From contig CP060757.1 in the NCBI GenBank assembly GCA_023205875.1, positions 62,001-126,000 of the forward strand: a DNA stretch of 64,000 nt. Direction: 5' to 3'. Both the position numbers and the translations under genes were made by a program. Positions 31,901 through 40,835 of the stretch are shown here, in pieces; position 1 is the stretch's first letter; every line of letters starts with the position of its first letter. Below the pieces are notes generated by a model that was not told the DNA's origin, made no database searches, and worked only from the letters and a program-made list of their open reading frames with translations. Source of the DNA: Chloropicon primus. Its lineage: Eukaryota.

Positions 31901-34900
31901 ACTTCAGGCCTCCTCGCATGGATTGCTTTCACGCAGCATGTTGCTTCGATCGGCGGGACCTCGGTGCCCCTGCTCAGCACGTAGCCAAGTGACACGTAGC
32001 CTTGAGGGGCGATGGGCTTCCAGATGGAAATCTTGCCCTCCATGCTCACGAGAGAAAATTTGACAGGGTTCGCGATGGCATCGTTGGCGCTTTTGTGAAT
32101 GCAGAGGACCTTGTCAGGCGGCGCAAGGCCCTTCGTGCCAATGTCGCCCAGGTAATAACAATCGTCAGGGATCACTGGTCTCCAGAAGCTGTAGTTGCCC
32201 CTCCTGTTCTGCAGGATTCTCTTGAATTGGACACTGTACCTCAAATACGGCTTGTTGCTTTCCCTTTCATACCTGGTCAGCTTTCTGTCCATGAAGATGT
32301 CCTGGTGGACCTTGCCGATGCCGTCAGGAACATCCTGGGGCTCCAAGTACGCCCGATCATTCTCTATCATCTCTGCTGGGATCAGCGCGTTAAGGCAAGC
32401 GCATTCATGCTCGGCGCTCAAGAAGATAAAGGTTCCAAAATCGTTCCTGACATTAACAATGGAAAACGTCGATGATACGGGGGAAAAGTACTCCTCCGTC
32501 AGAGTTGGAACGCACAGGCTTCTGTGCATGCAGTGCACATCCTCAAGATCGGGTGCTTCTCCGGCCTTGGTCGCAAGGCACCCCAGGGAAACATATCCAC
32601 GGGGAGCAACGGGGTGCCAAATTTGAATGGCGTCATCAGAGAAAACGCTCTCGAAGGAGACTGGCTTCTTCACCATGCCATACCCTTTTGCGACCACAGA
32701 CACACTCTTCTCCGGGGGCTCCTCACCGAAAGTGATGCAGTCCCCAAAGCCCGCGTACCTCGAGTCGCAGATAGGGCGCCAGAATGTGAGCTTGGTGCCG
32801 GGAAACATCTCGTACGAGAGTATTTTGTTGAAGGACAGAGCTTCTACAGCTGGCTTTTCTGGGGGAGCCCTTCCAAGAGATGTCACGAGCTCTTCTTGCA
32901 GCTGCAGAAGGAAATGAATCGCCATCGGGCTCATCTGAAAGCTCAGGTTGCTCACGTCGACGTGGACCATATCAGATGTCTCCTCGACGACAAATTCTAC
33001 GCCCAAGGTACACGGCTGCAGCAAGGTGATGGAGGAGCTCCCCTCACGCCGTGAAACGGCATCGTGGTCAGACCCAACTGTCATAGACGGCCTCTCCTGC
33101 AGGAAGAGACACAAGTCCTCCACCTTTGAGCGCAAGTGCTGCGACTTCCCAGCCATGTGCAACGACGCGTCCACGTTCCCCTGGGCGCTCAAGGACGTGT
33201 CGTTCGCAGACGCTCTCAACTCGAGAAGGAAGTTGTGCGCTTTCACGCTGAGTTTCATATCCGTCTCTTCGACGAGGTTTGCCTGCGATCCCTTTCGGGA
33301 CATGCTCCCTGCAGCGTCCTCATGGGTCACCTCTTCGAACTCTATCCTTGCATTTGCCATCAGTTCCACGTAGTTGCTCATCTGCGAGAAATTCACGATC
33401 ACAGTGTTGCGGATCAGCAAGGTTTTGCCTGGCCCGACGAAAATCAGAGGCACTTTTCTGGATTCCGCAACTTCCTCTGGGAATACCAACGAGAAACCAC
33501 TTCCGTCAAAAACAAAAGTGTCGCTGGTCGCACCCATGGCACAGATTCTCGTCACGGGAGAGAGGTAAATGTCACCACCCGCCTCGAACTCAGGGTCATC
33601 GATGGTCGTGCACTGCAACACGTCCTCCGGGATGGCCGTGGGAACAAAGAAGTCCAAAATGCTCATGATGAATTCCGTTTCGCCAAATATCCTTGGCTCT
33701 TGAAGCTCCAAATCAAGCTCAGAATGGAACCCTTTGCTCCTGAAATTCATATAGAGCAGCGAAGGCACATCTGCAGAGTCTGCGCTCGTCAAAGCTGAGG
33801 CTGCAGATCCACTGCACAGGACAACCGAGTGGCTCTCTGCATTCGCTCCGCTGATATCTTCAACTCTTAATTGAGGCAAATGGACAGTCAAGTCCATGCT
33901 GGTGTCGGCAAAGTCGTACAAAATGTAAGTTTTCAAGTTCTTGCATTGCAGTCTTGAAAGGCCGCTCCTCATCCCGTCTTCCTTGTGCAAGGTTATGTCC
34001 ACAGCATCTAGATCTACATCGACAACGACGCCTCTCAAGAGCCCAGCGGCGTCTTGATCCACGATCACGGTCTCTTCTTTTGGAAGCGGAAGCTGAACGG
34101 TGGGCTTGAAGGTCATCTCTTCACTAAAGTTCTCCCCCGCAACCGAAATGACAAAATGATACTCTGATTTCGTGAGCTTGCCCTTCAGTGCAGAGCTCAA
34201 CACCCTCACACCCACTCTGTTGTCCGCACTGGGGGAGAAGTTCAGTGGCCTACTGAGAATGACTCTGATGGCAGACCCGTCCAGGATATCATCCCTTCCC
34301 TTTTCATAGTTCATGTAAGCAGTGCACTTGAGTCCCGTCAAAAGTATGTCCATTTCGTCAATGTAGATGTCCCGCCCACCCTTGTGGATTGAGAAAGTGT
34401 TCACGACTTGCACCTCTCCCGGGGTCACCTCAAGGTAATCCGTGCTTGACGTCGAGCGAGGAAATTTGATCATCGGTGCATCCAGAGCTATGTTCAACTG
34501 CATGAGCAGAGGCTTGGCATCCGGGGACACTGCCGGGCGAGATGGCACATCGCCCAGCAACTCTGGTTGGTATTTGAAAAGGTTCTCTATGTAGAGCAAG
34601 ATTTCCATCAAGAAGCGGTTCAGGAATACAACTGATATGGAGTTCATGTGCGCTTCAATGAACATGTCAGGGCACAATTCACTGCCATCACTTTTCACTG
34701 ATCCCAGTGACAGGTCAACTAACGAGCTGGAGTCGCTTCCTGATTCACCTTCGTACACGTCTACGGCCCAGTGATACATGTGGTTGCTGTCGACGGAATA
34801 GTCTGCAACTTTCAGGTTGCCCAGGGAAGCATTGAGAAGGAAGCTTTCGCCAGACAAATTTATGCTCATGCCCAAGCTCTCAACTTTCAAGAGAGCCAAA

Positions 34901-37900
34901 GGCGTGTCCGATGAAGCATAGTTCAATATGAATTTCGCTTCCTTCATTTGAAGCTTGAAGATGAATGTACTTGACGCGGCCTCCTTAGCTTCATCTTGAT
35001 CTAACGCGAGCACTTCTGTTGCCACATTATCGCTCGTGCTGGCGGACTCTTCGACTTCCGACCCTTCCGCAAGAAAGAAGCTTATATCCTGCCCTATGAC
35101 CATCAGTGCTGCCACCGTGGGACGGTTTACAAACACAGAAATTTGAGAGAGGTCCACGTCGAGCTCTGACACTGTTCCTTCTGTCTCATCAGTGAAGGTG
35201 TTGAATTTGATGGTGGCCAATGAGCTCGGCGTCTGGTGCTGTTGCGGACTGGTGTTAGACGGGGAGCTCTCATCCGGGTCGTAAAACACATCTCCTTCCT
35301 GATCAATCATTCCGAGCTCCTCGGCATCTTTGCCTGGACTTGCTTGAATGTCATCCAGCCTCTCGGACTCGGATTCAATCAGGTACTTGCAATGCTTGGA
35401 GTCCCTGCCAAGTAGCAAATCTTCTACGAACAAGGAGCTCAGCAAGGCTTGCACGTGCATATCATCCTTTGAAGACGAAAGCTCGAGGCTCACCCCCTTC
35501 GCGTTCACCTTTATGAGCTCGGTCTCCTTCCTCGTGTCAAAGGAAAAGAAAGGCTCGATGTTGTAGCCCTCCTGGGCTGCATTGTACGCCCTCCCTTGCA
35601 CGAACAGATGGAAGACATCCAACTTGCCATGGATGTGAACCCTGACCGACTTTGGCTCCTCCACGGGCTTGCTCGGATCCATGAGAAACTCATTGAATTC
35701 CGGCGCTCGATGCACAAATCCTTTCAGGTGCTCATTTCGGAACTGCAAGTTTTGAAGCCACAGGCCCTTCTTCTCCTCATTGTCGAAAGACATGACGATG
35801 CTGCAGTCCATATTCAGGGCTTGCTTCAGTCGATCCTGAGACTCTGTGACGATGATCACATTTTCCCGATCGTCCACAAGCTTTGACGGGACTGCTAATA
35901 TTTGAGATGCTCTACCAAGAAAAATGCTTCTTGACACAACGTTTCCAGGAATATCAGCATAAAGCACGTCGTCTTTCAGGTAGATTTTGCACGAGTGAAT
36001 CCAGTTCATGGTCAAGGACGGCTTTTTGCTGCCTTTCCGCGGGCTCAGCATTTCTTGGGCCCCCAAAACCTCCGATGATATGGCGATCTGGACGTAGTCC
36101 GCCAGCTCGGCATTGTCCCAAGAATTCTCATCGGATTGAAACAAGGTACCAAGGGTCATGTAGTACTTGGCCAGGTTCATCGCATTGCATACGACCATGG
36201 GTGAAAAGTATAGGCAAAAATCTGGCACGTGCAAATCCAGAGAAAGCTGGCTCTCGTTCGAGCTCAGATCACCGTACTGGAACAAAGCTTCCATGCCAAA
36301 CTTTGGCAGCAAGGCCGACTTTGGTAGGTCGATGCTCGAGCAATCTTTGAATCGGTTGATGTCCACGCTCTTCCATTGCAATTCGCCGTCAGCGAGGTAG
36401 ACTTCGGTGTCCGAAAGCTTTGCGCGCATTCGCTGCCACACCGTCTCATCCTTGCTGTCTTCTGAAGAGAGGGCAATTCTACCAAGATTCACTACGAGGG
36501 TCTTTGCGGTAGGCATTTCGCCCCACACGATGGCAACCTTTGGAGCCTGCAGATCTAGGCTAAAGGTCACACTGGGCCTGGACGCGATGGCGACCTGCAG
36601 CTGCTCTGCCGTGTTCTTTCCTAACTCTTGCGCCGCTGCCGAGGCCTGCATTCCTAGAGTTGTCAACTTCGCTGCTCCTGTGTCGTGTGTCAGGAAATAA
36701 ATCAGTATGTCTTCGATGCTCGGCTTGTACACTTGCACGAAGCAGGGTGCGATGTTGACCTTAATGTGAGTCAAGTTGAGCTCCTGGACTGCGGTTTGCT
36801 CCACCGTTAGCGTGAAGGCCTTGGTGTCGGAGCTGAATGCGCCGTTCTTCATGATTTCAAAGCCCTGAGACTCCAACAGGTAGGACCCCACAGACGCTGT
36901 GATTGCCGCGAGGCCACCCTTGAAATTTGCTTCCACCCTGACTGCATTGATGTTGCCCAGCAGAATTTCTCTCTCTGAGTTTTGGTAGAGTTGCAGGGAC
37001 GTAGATGCGACGTTGACTTCGACGTACATGTCGCCGCTGCCCAATCCACCCGAGTTTTCACCCGGGTTGGTACCGTCGTCCTGGATGTACACCGACTGAA
37101 GCTTTTGCCAATCGGACTCGTCGAAATTCATCTCGCCCTCGTTGTCCTCCGCGCCTTCCGCCTTCTTCGCGCTTCCCCAGCCCCAGAACCAGGACCCTTG
37201 ATTGCTGTTCGACGACTTCTTTCTCTCCAGCACTCGCCTCTTGTGCTCCGCGATAGCAAGGCACCTGAAGAAGACGACAGTCTTTTCGTTGAACTGATCT
37301 TCCATTTCCTTGATGCCCTCCATGGATTCTGACAGCTCCTCTTGTGATTCAAGCCCGAGGTGTTCCGTGTAGGCCTTGACGTACCCTTGCCGCATTCCGT
37401 TCCAGCCCACCAGGTGCTGGAACGTGGTTCGTTTCCTCACGAGGCCACTGGAGTACAACGCGTTCAACGCGTAGAGCCACCACGACCTCGGCGACGTCTT
37501 CACCGTGCAGTGCGGCCTGATGTGGGAGTACGGGGCCCTGGCCGAGACGACTTCAAACGTTTGCAGCATCCTCTGAACCGTTACGTACTGGGACTGCAGG
37601 GCAGACAGGGCCAGCGCCTCGAAGGTGAGGTTGACGGTCTGCACGATCTCGTCGCTCTCCTTGGTCTCGCCCTTGCCGTGCTTCCTGTTGTACAACAAGT
37701 CCGCGTTCACTGGCTTCAGGAACAACGATTTGGTCAGCTCCGGATCCTCCCCCTTGATGTGAGGCATGAAGAAGTTATCCCAGGTCAGCATGTTGAGGTC
37801 CTCCCACTGGGACTCTGGCGTGAACTCCTTCGAGTTGGAGTCGATGTACAGCATGAGCTTTCTGAGCTTGAACCGTTTCCTCAGCTGCTCGTTCAAGCCA

Positions 37901-38511
37901 GAGGACACAAAGTCGGGCTCCCCCTTCTCGTTCACAGTGACGCCACTGAGCTCCTCAATCGTGAAGTCAATCGCGAACCCCCAGTAAGAGTCCTCGAGCC
38001 TGACGTGCAGGTTTGTGATGATGACCTGTAAGTTCCCCAGCACCGTCTGAATGATTCTGTTGAAGTATCCTCCCGAGGCATCCGCTGCATCGTCCCCCTC
38101 CGATCCGGATGCCGCCCTCTCCGCCGTGGCCACCATCTGCGCCACAGCCCCCTCTATCCTCCTCCTCTTGGCGCTCTCGCTCGCCTCCATGGCCTCCTCG
38201 GGATCCTCATACAAGCTCCCCTTCCCGCTCGCGTCCAAGGATCCCAGCACGTATATCCTGTCGAACTCCACGATGACCGGCTCGCTTCCGAGCTTGTTCC
38301 AGGGTATCCTGAGCGTTAGACATCCCAGGAGGCCGCTCTTGACCTGAAGCCCAGGTATCCCGAGGAACTTCAAGGCATCGGGTTTGAGTTTGAGGTTCTT
38401 CAACACGATGTTCCCGCTCCAGACGCTCACTTTCAAAGCATCCTTGTCCAAGCCGCACACGTAATCCCCGAGATACTTCTCAAGCAACGCCGTCAGCTTC
38501 GACTCGAACAT
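25936..38511 (-). CDS. VPS13: VPS13 lipid-transfer protein (plant-type, ~4190 aa, intronless)
   Basis: Chorein-N 'MFESKLTALLEKYLGDYV...LKVSVWSGNIVLKNLKLK'. Internal and C-terminal Vps62-like 'FWRP...GY..LG' repeats; DysF-like 'FENERF...LPLGWEW...VDSNGWCY'. ATG2_C-like 'GLVSGISGIFTKPIQGAKKEGAKGFAKG' and 'RLRYPR'. Confidence 0.95.
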   Translation of the reverse strand: MFESKLTALLEKYLGDYVCGLDKDALKVSVWSGNIVLKNLKLKPDALKFLGIPGLQVKSGLLGCLTLRIPWNKLGSEPVIVEFDRIYVLGSLDASGKGSLYEDPEEAMEASESAKRRRIEGAVAQMVATAERAASGSEGDDAADASGGYFNRIIQTVLGNLQVIITNLHVRLEDSYWGFAIDFTIEELSGVTVNEKGEPDFVSSGLNEQLRKRFKLRKLMLYIDSNSKEFTPESQWEDLNMLTWDNFFMPHIKGEDPELTKSLFLKPVNADLLYNRKHGKGETKESDEIVQTVNLTFEALALSALQSQYVTVQRMLQTFEVVSARAPYSHIRPHCTVKTSPRSWWLYALNALYSSGLVRKRTTFQHLVGWNGMRQGYVKAYTEHLGLESQEELSESMEGIKEMEDQFNEKTVVFFRCLAIAEHKRRVLERKKSSNSNQGSWFWGWGSAKKAEGAEDNEGEMNFDESDWQKLQSVYIQDDGTNPGENSGGLGSGDMYVEVNVASTSLQLYQNSEREILLGNINAVRVEANFKGGLAAITASVGSYLLESQGFEIMKNGAFSSDTKAFTLTVEQTAVQELNLTHIKVNIAPCFVQVYKPSIEDILIYFLTHDTGAAKLTTLGMQASAAAQELGKNTAEQLQVAIASRPSVTFSLDLQAPKVAIVWGEMPTAKTLVVNLGRIALSSEDSKDETVWQRMRAKLSDTEVYLADGELQWKSVDINRFKDCSSIDLPKSALLPKFGMEALFQYGDLSSNESQLSLDLHVPDFCLYFSPMVVCNAMNLAKYYMTLGTLFQSDENSWDNAELADYVQIAISSEVLGAQEMLSPRKGSKKPSLTMNWIHSCKIYLKDDVLYADIPGNVVSRSIFLGRASQILAVPSKLVDDRENVIIVTESQDRLKQALNMDCSIVMSFDNEEKKGLWLQNLQFRNEHLKGFVHRAPEFNEFLMDPSKPVEEPKSVRVHIHGKLDVFHLFVQGRAYNAAQEGYNIEPFFSFDTRKETELIKVNAKGVSLELSSSKDDMHVQALLSSLFVEDLLLGRDSKHCKYLIESESERLDDIQASPGKDAEELGMIDQEGDVFYDPDESSPSNTSPQQHQTPSSLATIKFNTFTDETEGTVSELDVDLSQISVFVNRPTVAALMVIGQDISFFLAEGSEVEESASTSDNVATEVLALDQDEAKEAASSTFIFKLQMKEAKFILNYASSDTPLALLKVESLGMSINLSGESFLLNASLGNLKVADYSVDSNHMYHWAVDVYEGESGSDSSSLVDLSLGSVKSDGSELCPDMFIEAHMNSISVVFLNRFLMEILLYIENLFKYQPELLGDVPSRPAVSPDAKPLLMQLNIALDAPMIKFPRSTSSTDYLEVTPGEVQVVNTFSIHKGGRDIYIDEMDILLTGLKCTAYMNYEKGRDDILDGSAIRVILSRPLNFSPSADNRVGVRVLSSALKGKLTKSEYHFVISVAGENFSEEMTFKPTVQLPLPKEETVIVDQDAAGLLRGVVVDVDLDAVDITLHKEDGMRSGLSRLQCKNLKTYILYDFADTSMDLTVHLPQLRVEDISGANAESHSVVLCSGSAASALTSADSADVPSLLYMNFRSKGFHSELDLELQEPRIFGETEFIMSILDFFVPTAIPEDVLQCTTIDDPEFEAGGDIYLSPVTRICAMGATSDTFVFDGSGFSLVFPEEVAESRKVPLIFVGPGKTLLIRNTVIVNFSQMSNYVELMANARIEFEEVTHEDAAGSMSRKGSQANLVEETDMKLSVKAHNFLLELRASANDTSLSAQGNVDASLHMAGKSQHLRSKVEDLCLFLQERPSMTVGSDHDAVSRREGSSSITLLQPCTLGVEFVVEETSDMVHVDVSNLSFQMSPMAIHFLLQLQEELVTSLGRAPPEKPAVEALSFNKILSYEMFPGTKLTFWRPICDSRYAGFGDCITFGEEPPEKSVSVVAKGYGMVKKPVSFESVFSDDAIQIWHPVAPRGYVSLGCLATKAGEAPDLEDVHCMHRSLCVPTLTEEYFSPVSSTFSIVNVRNDFGTFIFLSAEHECACLNALIPAEMIENDRAYLEPQDVPDGIGKVHQDIFMDRKLTRYERESNKPYLRYSVQFKRILQNRRGNYSFWRPVIPDDCYYLGDIGTKGLAPPDKVLCIHKSANDAIANPVKFSLVSMEGKISIWKPIAPQGYVSLGYVLSRGTEVPPIEATCCVKAIHARRPEVFDQVDLKFSEQTLYLFTFNGPEKSFVISSSKMLPDDSWVVDFKDSDHEEEDKSMVVTTKCGNISLTVSDSVQTPKFEVQLVDILVSMEGKKKKSNAMCTFGVSLSSYNSNLLSWEPILEKTEMILKIRMASSEFGSVSLPGALGIYLAPTSTIHCTIAHACLESMLSLLAEWSDMTRSGSLFMNQDLNCLNTTVTNETGSDFYFLLQYSNGTTKVEKVNSSLAKQDFLQPFNVPQHLRKKNTIDQENLYARVKIENLHGSLKDEPNMLYAIDAALEYNEQVLTSFIGSRLFQGFDDGSFDCNEVLLIPLPEAVKKLLANDELAEKDILNITLRIWKARRNIAETRKVVATVSYPILKESPHQVRQKDYPVPLTDRAQTSGKKLFISFGIDLPLKRVSTDTQNASSPETFIGATDKGPWIPLSKVKHVEVERNQRFSQMSSYGTISPLKVGAGDMIMESNLIAGRRLERFRSNVQVYNSSQTSFDVGVKKIIPTDLNVFEVEGDHDPVDGKYFVSVFENERFNVAEGWGVSLGKEKRGKYSTFYGKPLSSIEFPKLALPLGWEWCGEWMPRKVPYVDSNGWCYYKNFDNFQYPPPKSARSKGITDSVRSRCFIRYCKHTTLTDEEIAVISAENNSVIEIGTLKPRDQLVLPKKFCAVGSILELVWRPSDCLPGDPTKKIFNWSILVSARSENILSLGSMQETSQLMACAQNMIEDVDNENDPALFCISSEGIELSTYFDTVTDWKIAISPAISIENCTNVEAAVSVWEQQKAYRGMSSALKIKERIKPHTVLDELKVDPRKLLAMAFIPEGWEWTKGKDPMVLEDREMQDKDEPKSTRFTLTKDKSALTLHMTRTRVYPKFPYPFTVKIWSEHCIDNGTRVPVCFCIVPDSSEYEELSTSAIRVITADGSEIQKGHAQRQIVLPGKSELMSSLKGSGKSGFRIAVKDSCFSAQSIVLAPGGDVVLLKAYCPYSSLVYHVTLTVQMHALAPTTMVLCKPHVMCSNLTGKELFICTGKGRESASLHVEIDAREIEVHSADRDQMKMAVKIDGYLWSEFMEVRYPNGPNTNLILESDDLDCARILAIKTTMVSPGCLHVVFASFNRLEFMPPYSIVNFFSESIMCKKAYDPKASWVEIEPRASYVPSFTYKTDSGARASGIVSVEVKAKDAPARVYTLWTDSSEGKNFSMEQEDDESELHLDEKQSVKGRTRKLHPLPINSFPGECAASLVTSRQGVKLVLSQVFELKGNGARAKIYASPKHTEFKFEFCAEYIDVSIVNSLPREVALLTVKGINLSFCDGIGMNNEKVITSLHVQDIELDDMLSITPCPAAITCKKDSRMKPFLSLVLHQLKGSEKSLHVSYSELRVGRPIEVEIYEKFVWEILGFAQSISLDKLETRADAYADPNMQIDVLTVAGLHAHISFQTDAKSRPKNLNMVSKFGLNFANIEKLPISILKSWEIRNLKLKQSVFMRVLSSRISRDFSKQILPMLLSGISLNTVSNVTTGAISSIASAAATLSLDDKFENSRSRKTGPVDDLADGLVSGGESLAKGLVSGISGIFTKPIQGAKKEGAKGFAKGFAKGIIGVATKPLSGALDMVSKSVEGGLATIDGVKSIAEVTKTRLRYPRAFRGDKILRPYNAYTAQGQHMFRTSVMSANIEELELTSELNPFASDVYEHHEPLPSDRVLIITDQRVLSLILKRGRLEGAKIAWHAQFLDILSVEIVDSTSDNPRVLRVILSANMGKKFTFQSQKFQRDVHCFPKQNQARRLQEMIFKKRQEYQDALHKPDILLALPEAGEGEGEPDKAEAEMCKKNSNFELVWHSGNYASGNSSGVVSVWRARCPGGYYSLGDVVSYGTDPPPHHTLVGREGEYQGHSWLAKPLSFNLEWRDTKKGKSSPSAFWIPVPPEGYTALGCVVEVGNTEPSKDSIRCVKTELLYETTTYDSPAWSGIASDKERWPLTLWQVDNGLYTFLPRRSKVKVGLHGYDLMM

Positions 38512-38766
38512 CCTCCTCCACTCAAAGCGAAGCCAAGCCAAGCCAAGCCAAGCCAAGCCAAGCGGTGCCCCCCTTGGCCTTCCCCTTTTCTGCCCGAGTC
38601 CTCTGCGCTTTGATCGATCGATTGCGTTCAGTGCAGCGGAGGGCGTCCACGGCCAAGGGGGAGGGAGCAGGTGACGGTGGCGGTATCGTGCTGTGTTCCA
38701 TCGTGTGTCCGTCCGGGGTTTCCTTTTGTGTTCTGTTCTGAGGTTGGATCAAGAAGAGCTTTGGGG

Positions 38767-38961
38767 ATGATGAGGATGAGGATGAGGATGAGGAGGAGGA
38801 TGGGGATGACAGGAAGGAGGTCTGTCGTTGGACGGAAGATTCCCTCGGTGGGACAGATGGAGGGGAGGCCACGTCGGAGCAGCAGGTGCGTGACTTCATC
38901 CTCTTCCTCTTCCTCTTCCTCCTCGGGGGAGGAGCGTGTGGAGCAGGACACCACATCATCG

Positions 38962-39056
<95 letters not shown>

Positions 39057-39771
39057 CGGGAGGGAGAGAGCTGGTGCTGATGAGTCGTACAAGCCGAGCG
39101 CATCGGGGAGCTGGGGGGTGTTCGAGCGTCCGTCGGACATCAGCAAGGCGTATGGGGGCGGGAAGAAGATACCTTTCGGTGGGGAGGCCAAGGACCCTGC
39201 TGAGGTGGAGGAGAAGAGGAAGAAGACCATGGCGAAGATCCAGCAGTACAGGAGGAAGAGGCTTGAGCTGGACAACGAGGGCCTGGAGGACGATACCTTG
39301 AACAAAGCCAAGTTGGGCTTGGAGCGAGGGAAGATTTTGATGCGGAAGGGGAGCCTGGCTGCGGCCAGGGAAGAGTTCGAGAACGCGTCCAAGTTGGTGA
39401 GCCCCGCGAGCACCCTGGGCGGGGAGGCTCTGCTTCAGACCGCGATCTGCTACGACTCGATGGGAAGGTACGAGGATGCGAAGGAGATGTACAAGAAGCT
39501 CACGACGCACCGGGACTACACCATCGCAAGGAAGGCCGAGCAATTCCTCTTCGGATTTGACGCCAGTGAGGAGCTCAAGGTGGAGAAGTACACGTACGAC
39601 AAGGAGACGTACAGGCCTTACTTTGACGTGGTCTCCACTGGAGAGTACGACACGATGTACGTCGACCCTGACGAGGGGGAAACACGGCTGAGTCTCCAGG
39701 ACAAGGCCATAGCCACCTCCGTGCTCGTGTTTCCTCTGCTCGTCATCGTCGGCCTCAAGGTGTGGCACTGA
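38767..39771 (+). CDS. Plastid TPR-like protein with C-terminal transmembrane helix
   Basis: 'YKPSASGSWGVFERPSDISKAYGGGKKI' motif known from a green-lineage TPR family, TPR-like helices 'GGEALLQTAICYDSMGRYEDAKEMYKKL', poly-Ser in the transit region. Start codon uncertain. Confidence 0.7.
38955..39043 (+). repeat. (TCA)n trinucleotide microsatellite encoding poly-Ser
   Basis: Roughly 29 near-perfect TCA units, seen directly. Confidence 0.95.
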
Positions 39772-39805
39772 CGGACCCAGGCCTACTTTCGTCTGTTTGT
39801 TTGTT

Positions 39806-40483
39806 TCAGAGGTGTTTGTTATTGTACAAGAATGTTTCCCGGAACTCGTCTAGCGAGTACACTGTGCCCCAACCGCTCCCCCTCTCGCGGTGGTCCTTCG
39901 AAGATATTGCCATCTGTTCGTCGAACCTGTTCACTCCGTCGTCCTGAAGAATGCAGGCGTAGCTGGGCGGAGGGGCTTGCCACTTCCCGTCCGGAAGCTT
40001 CATGTGCGATCTGTCCGAGCTGAACTCCCGAAGGTAACTCTCGCCCTCCACCACCCTGAAGAAGATGTCTCCAAAGGTCTGTCGCAGGAAAAGCATGGGT
40101 CCCTCAGGGAACGTCCTTTCGAAGTACTCGGTCGCATCTTGTGGGAAATCAAGCCGCGTGTCCAAGTCGAAGACTCGGATCGCCTTTCCCTCCGCATCGC
40201 ACTGCATGCAGAACACGTGGTAGTCCCAGACCACCAGCCCAGCGTTGGCTTCGTTTCCAGCCCTCTGCTGGAACACGGGCGTCGTTCGGTTCGGGTTGGA
40301 GCAAACCACAGCAAAGCACCTCACCCCCAATCGAATGAGCTCATTGCACATCCACCACACGTTCTCCTCGCAGTAGCAAGACGTGTACTTGCATTCCTCA
40401 CGCCTCAGTTCCCATGACATCCTCCTCCTGGCACCATCCATCTTACCCTCCTCCTCGTCCTCGTCCTCCTCCGGTTGTCCCAT
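39806..40483 (-). CDS. NTAQ1: Protein N-terminal glutamine amidohydrolase (NTAQ1/WDYHV1)
   Basis: 'YTSCYCEENVW', 'VVWDYHVF', 'VFDLDTRL', 'FSSDRSHM...W..PPP'. Confidence 0.95.
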   Translation of the reverse strand: MGQPEEDEDEEEGKMDGARRRMSWELRREECKYTSCYCEENVWWMCNELIRLGVRCFAVVCSNPNRTTPVFQQRAGNEANAGLVVWDYHVFCMQCDAEGKAIRVFDLDTRLDFPQDATEYFERTFPEGPMLFLRQTFGDIFFRVVEGESYLREFSSDRSHMKLPDGKWQAPPPSYACILQDDGVNRFDEQMAISSKDHRERGSGWGTVYSLDEFRETFLYNNKHL

Positions 40484-40835
40484 GCCTCGGACAAGTGTTT
40501 GTCAAAGGAAAGATCGTGAGACGCGCAGTATCGCCTTGTCCAGGCGGTGAATCTCTCCAGGTTCCCCTCCTCCTCCTCCTCCTCCTCCTCGCCGTCGTCG
40601 TCGCCGTCGTCAAAGCTGGCAAAGCTCCGTCTGCAGGGAGCGAGGGAGGGAGGGACTGGCGACAGGAAGGAGGGTGGCGAGGACAGGGGGAAGGGTTAGC
40701 GGAGGATCGCGTCGGGAGAATCGTCTCCCTTTTGTCTTTCGAACGAGCCGTCGTTCGAAGGGAACAACGACGTGAGAAGGATTGAAAAGGATTGAGCAGG
40801 AGGAGGAGGAGGAGAGGAGGGAGTGGTCGAAGAGA

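Noticed and set aside
38512..38556. ORF-track N-terminal extension of VPS13 (MAWLGLAWL...)
   Set aside because: Derived from a (CTTGG)n repeat; the conserved chorein start MFE is at 38511.
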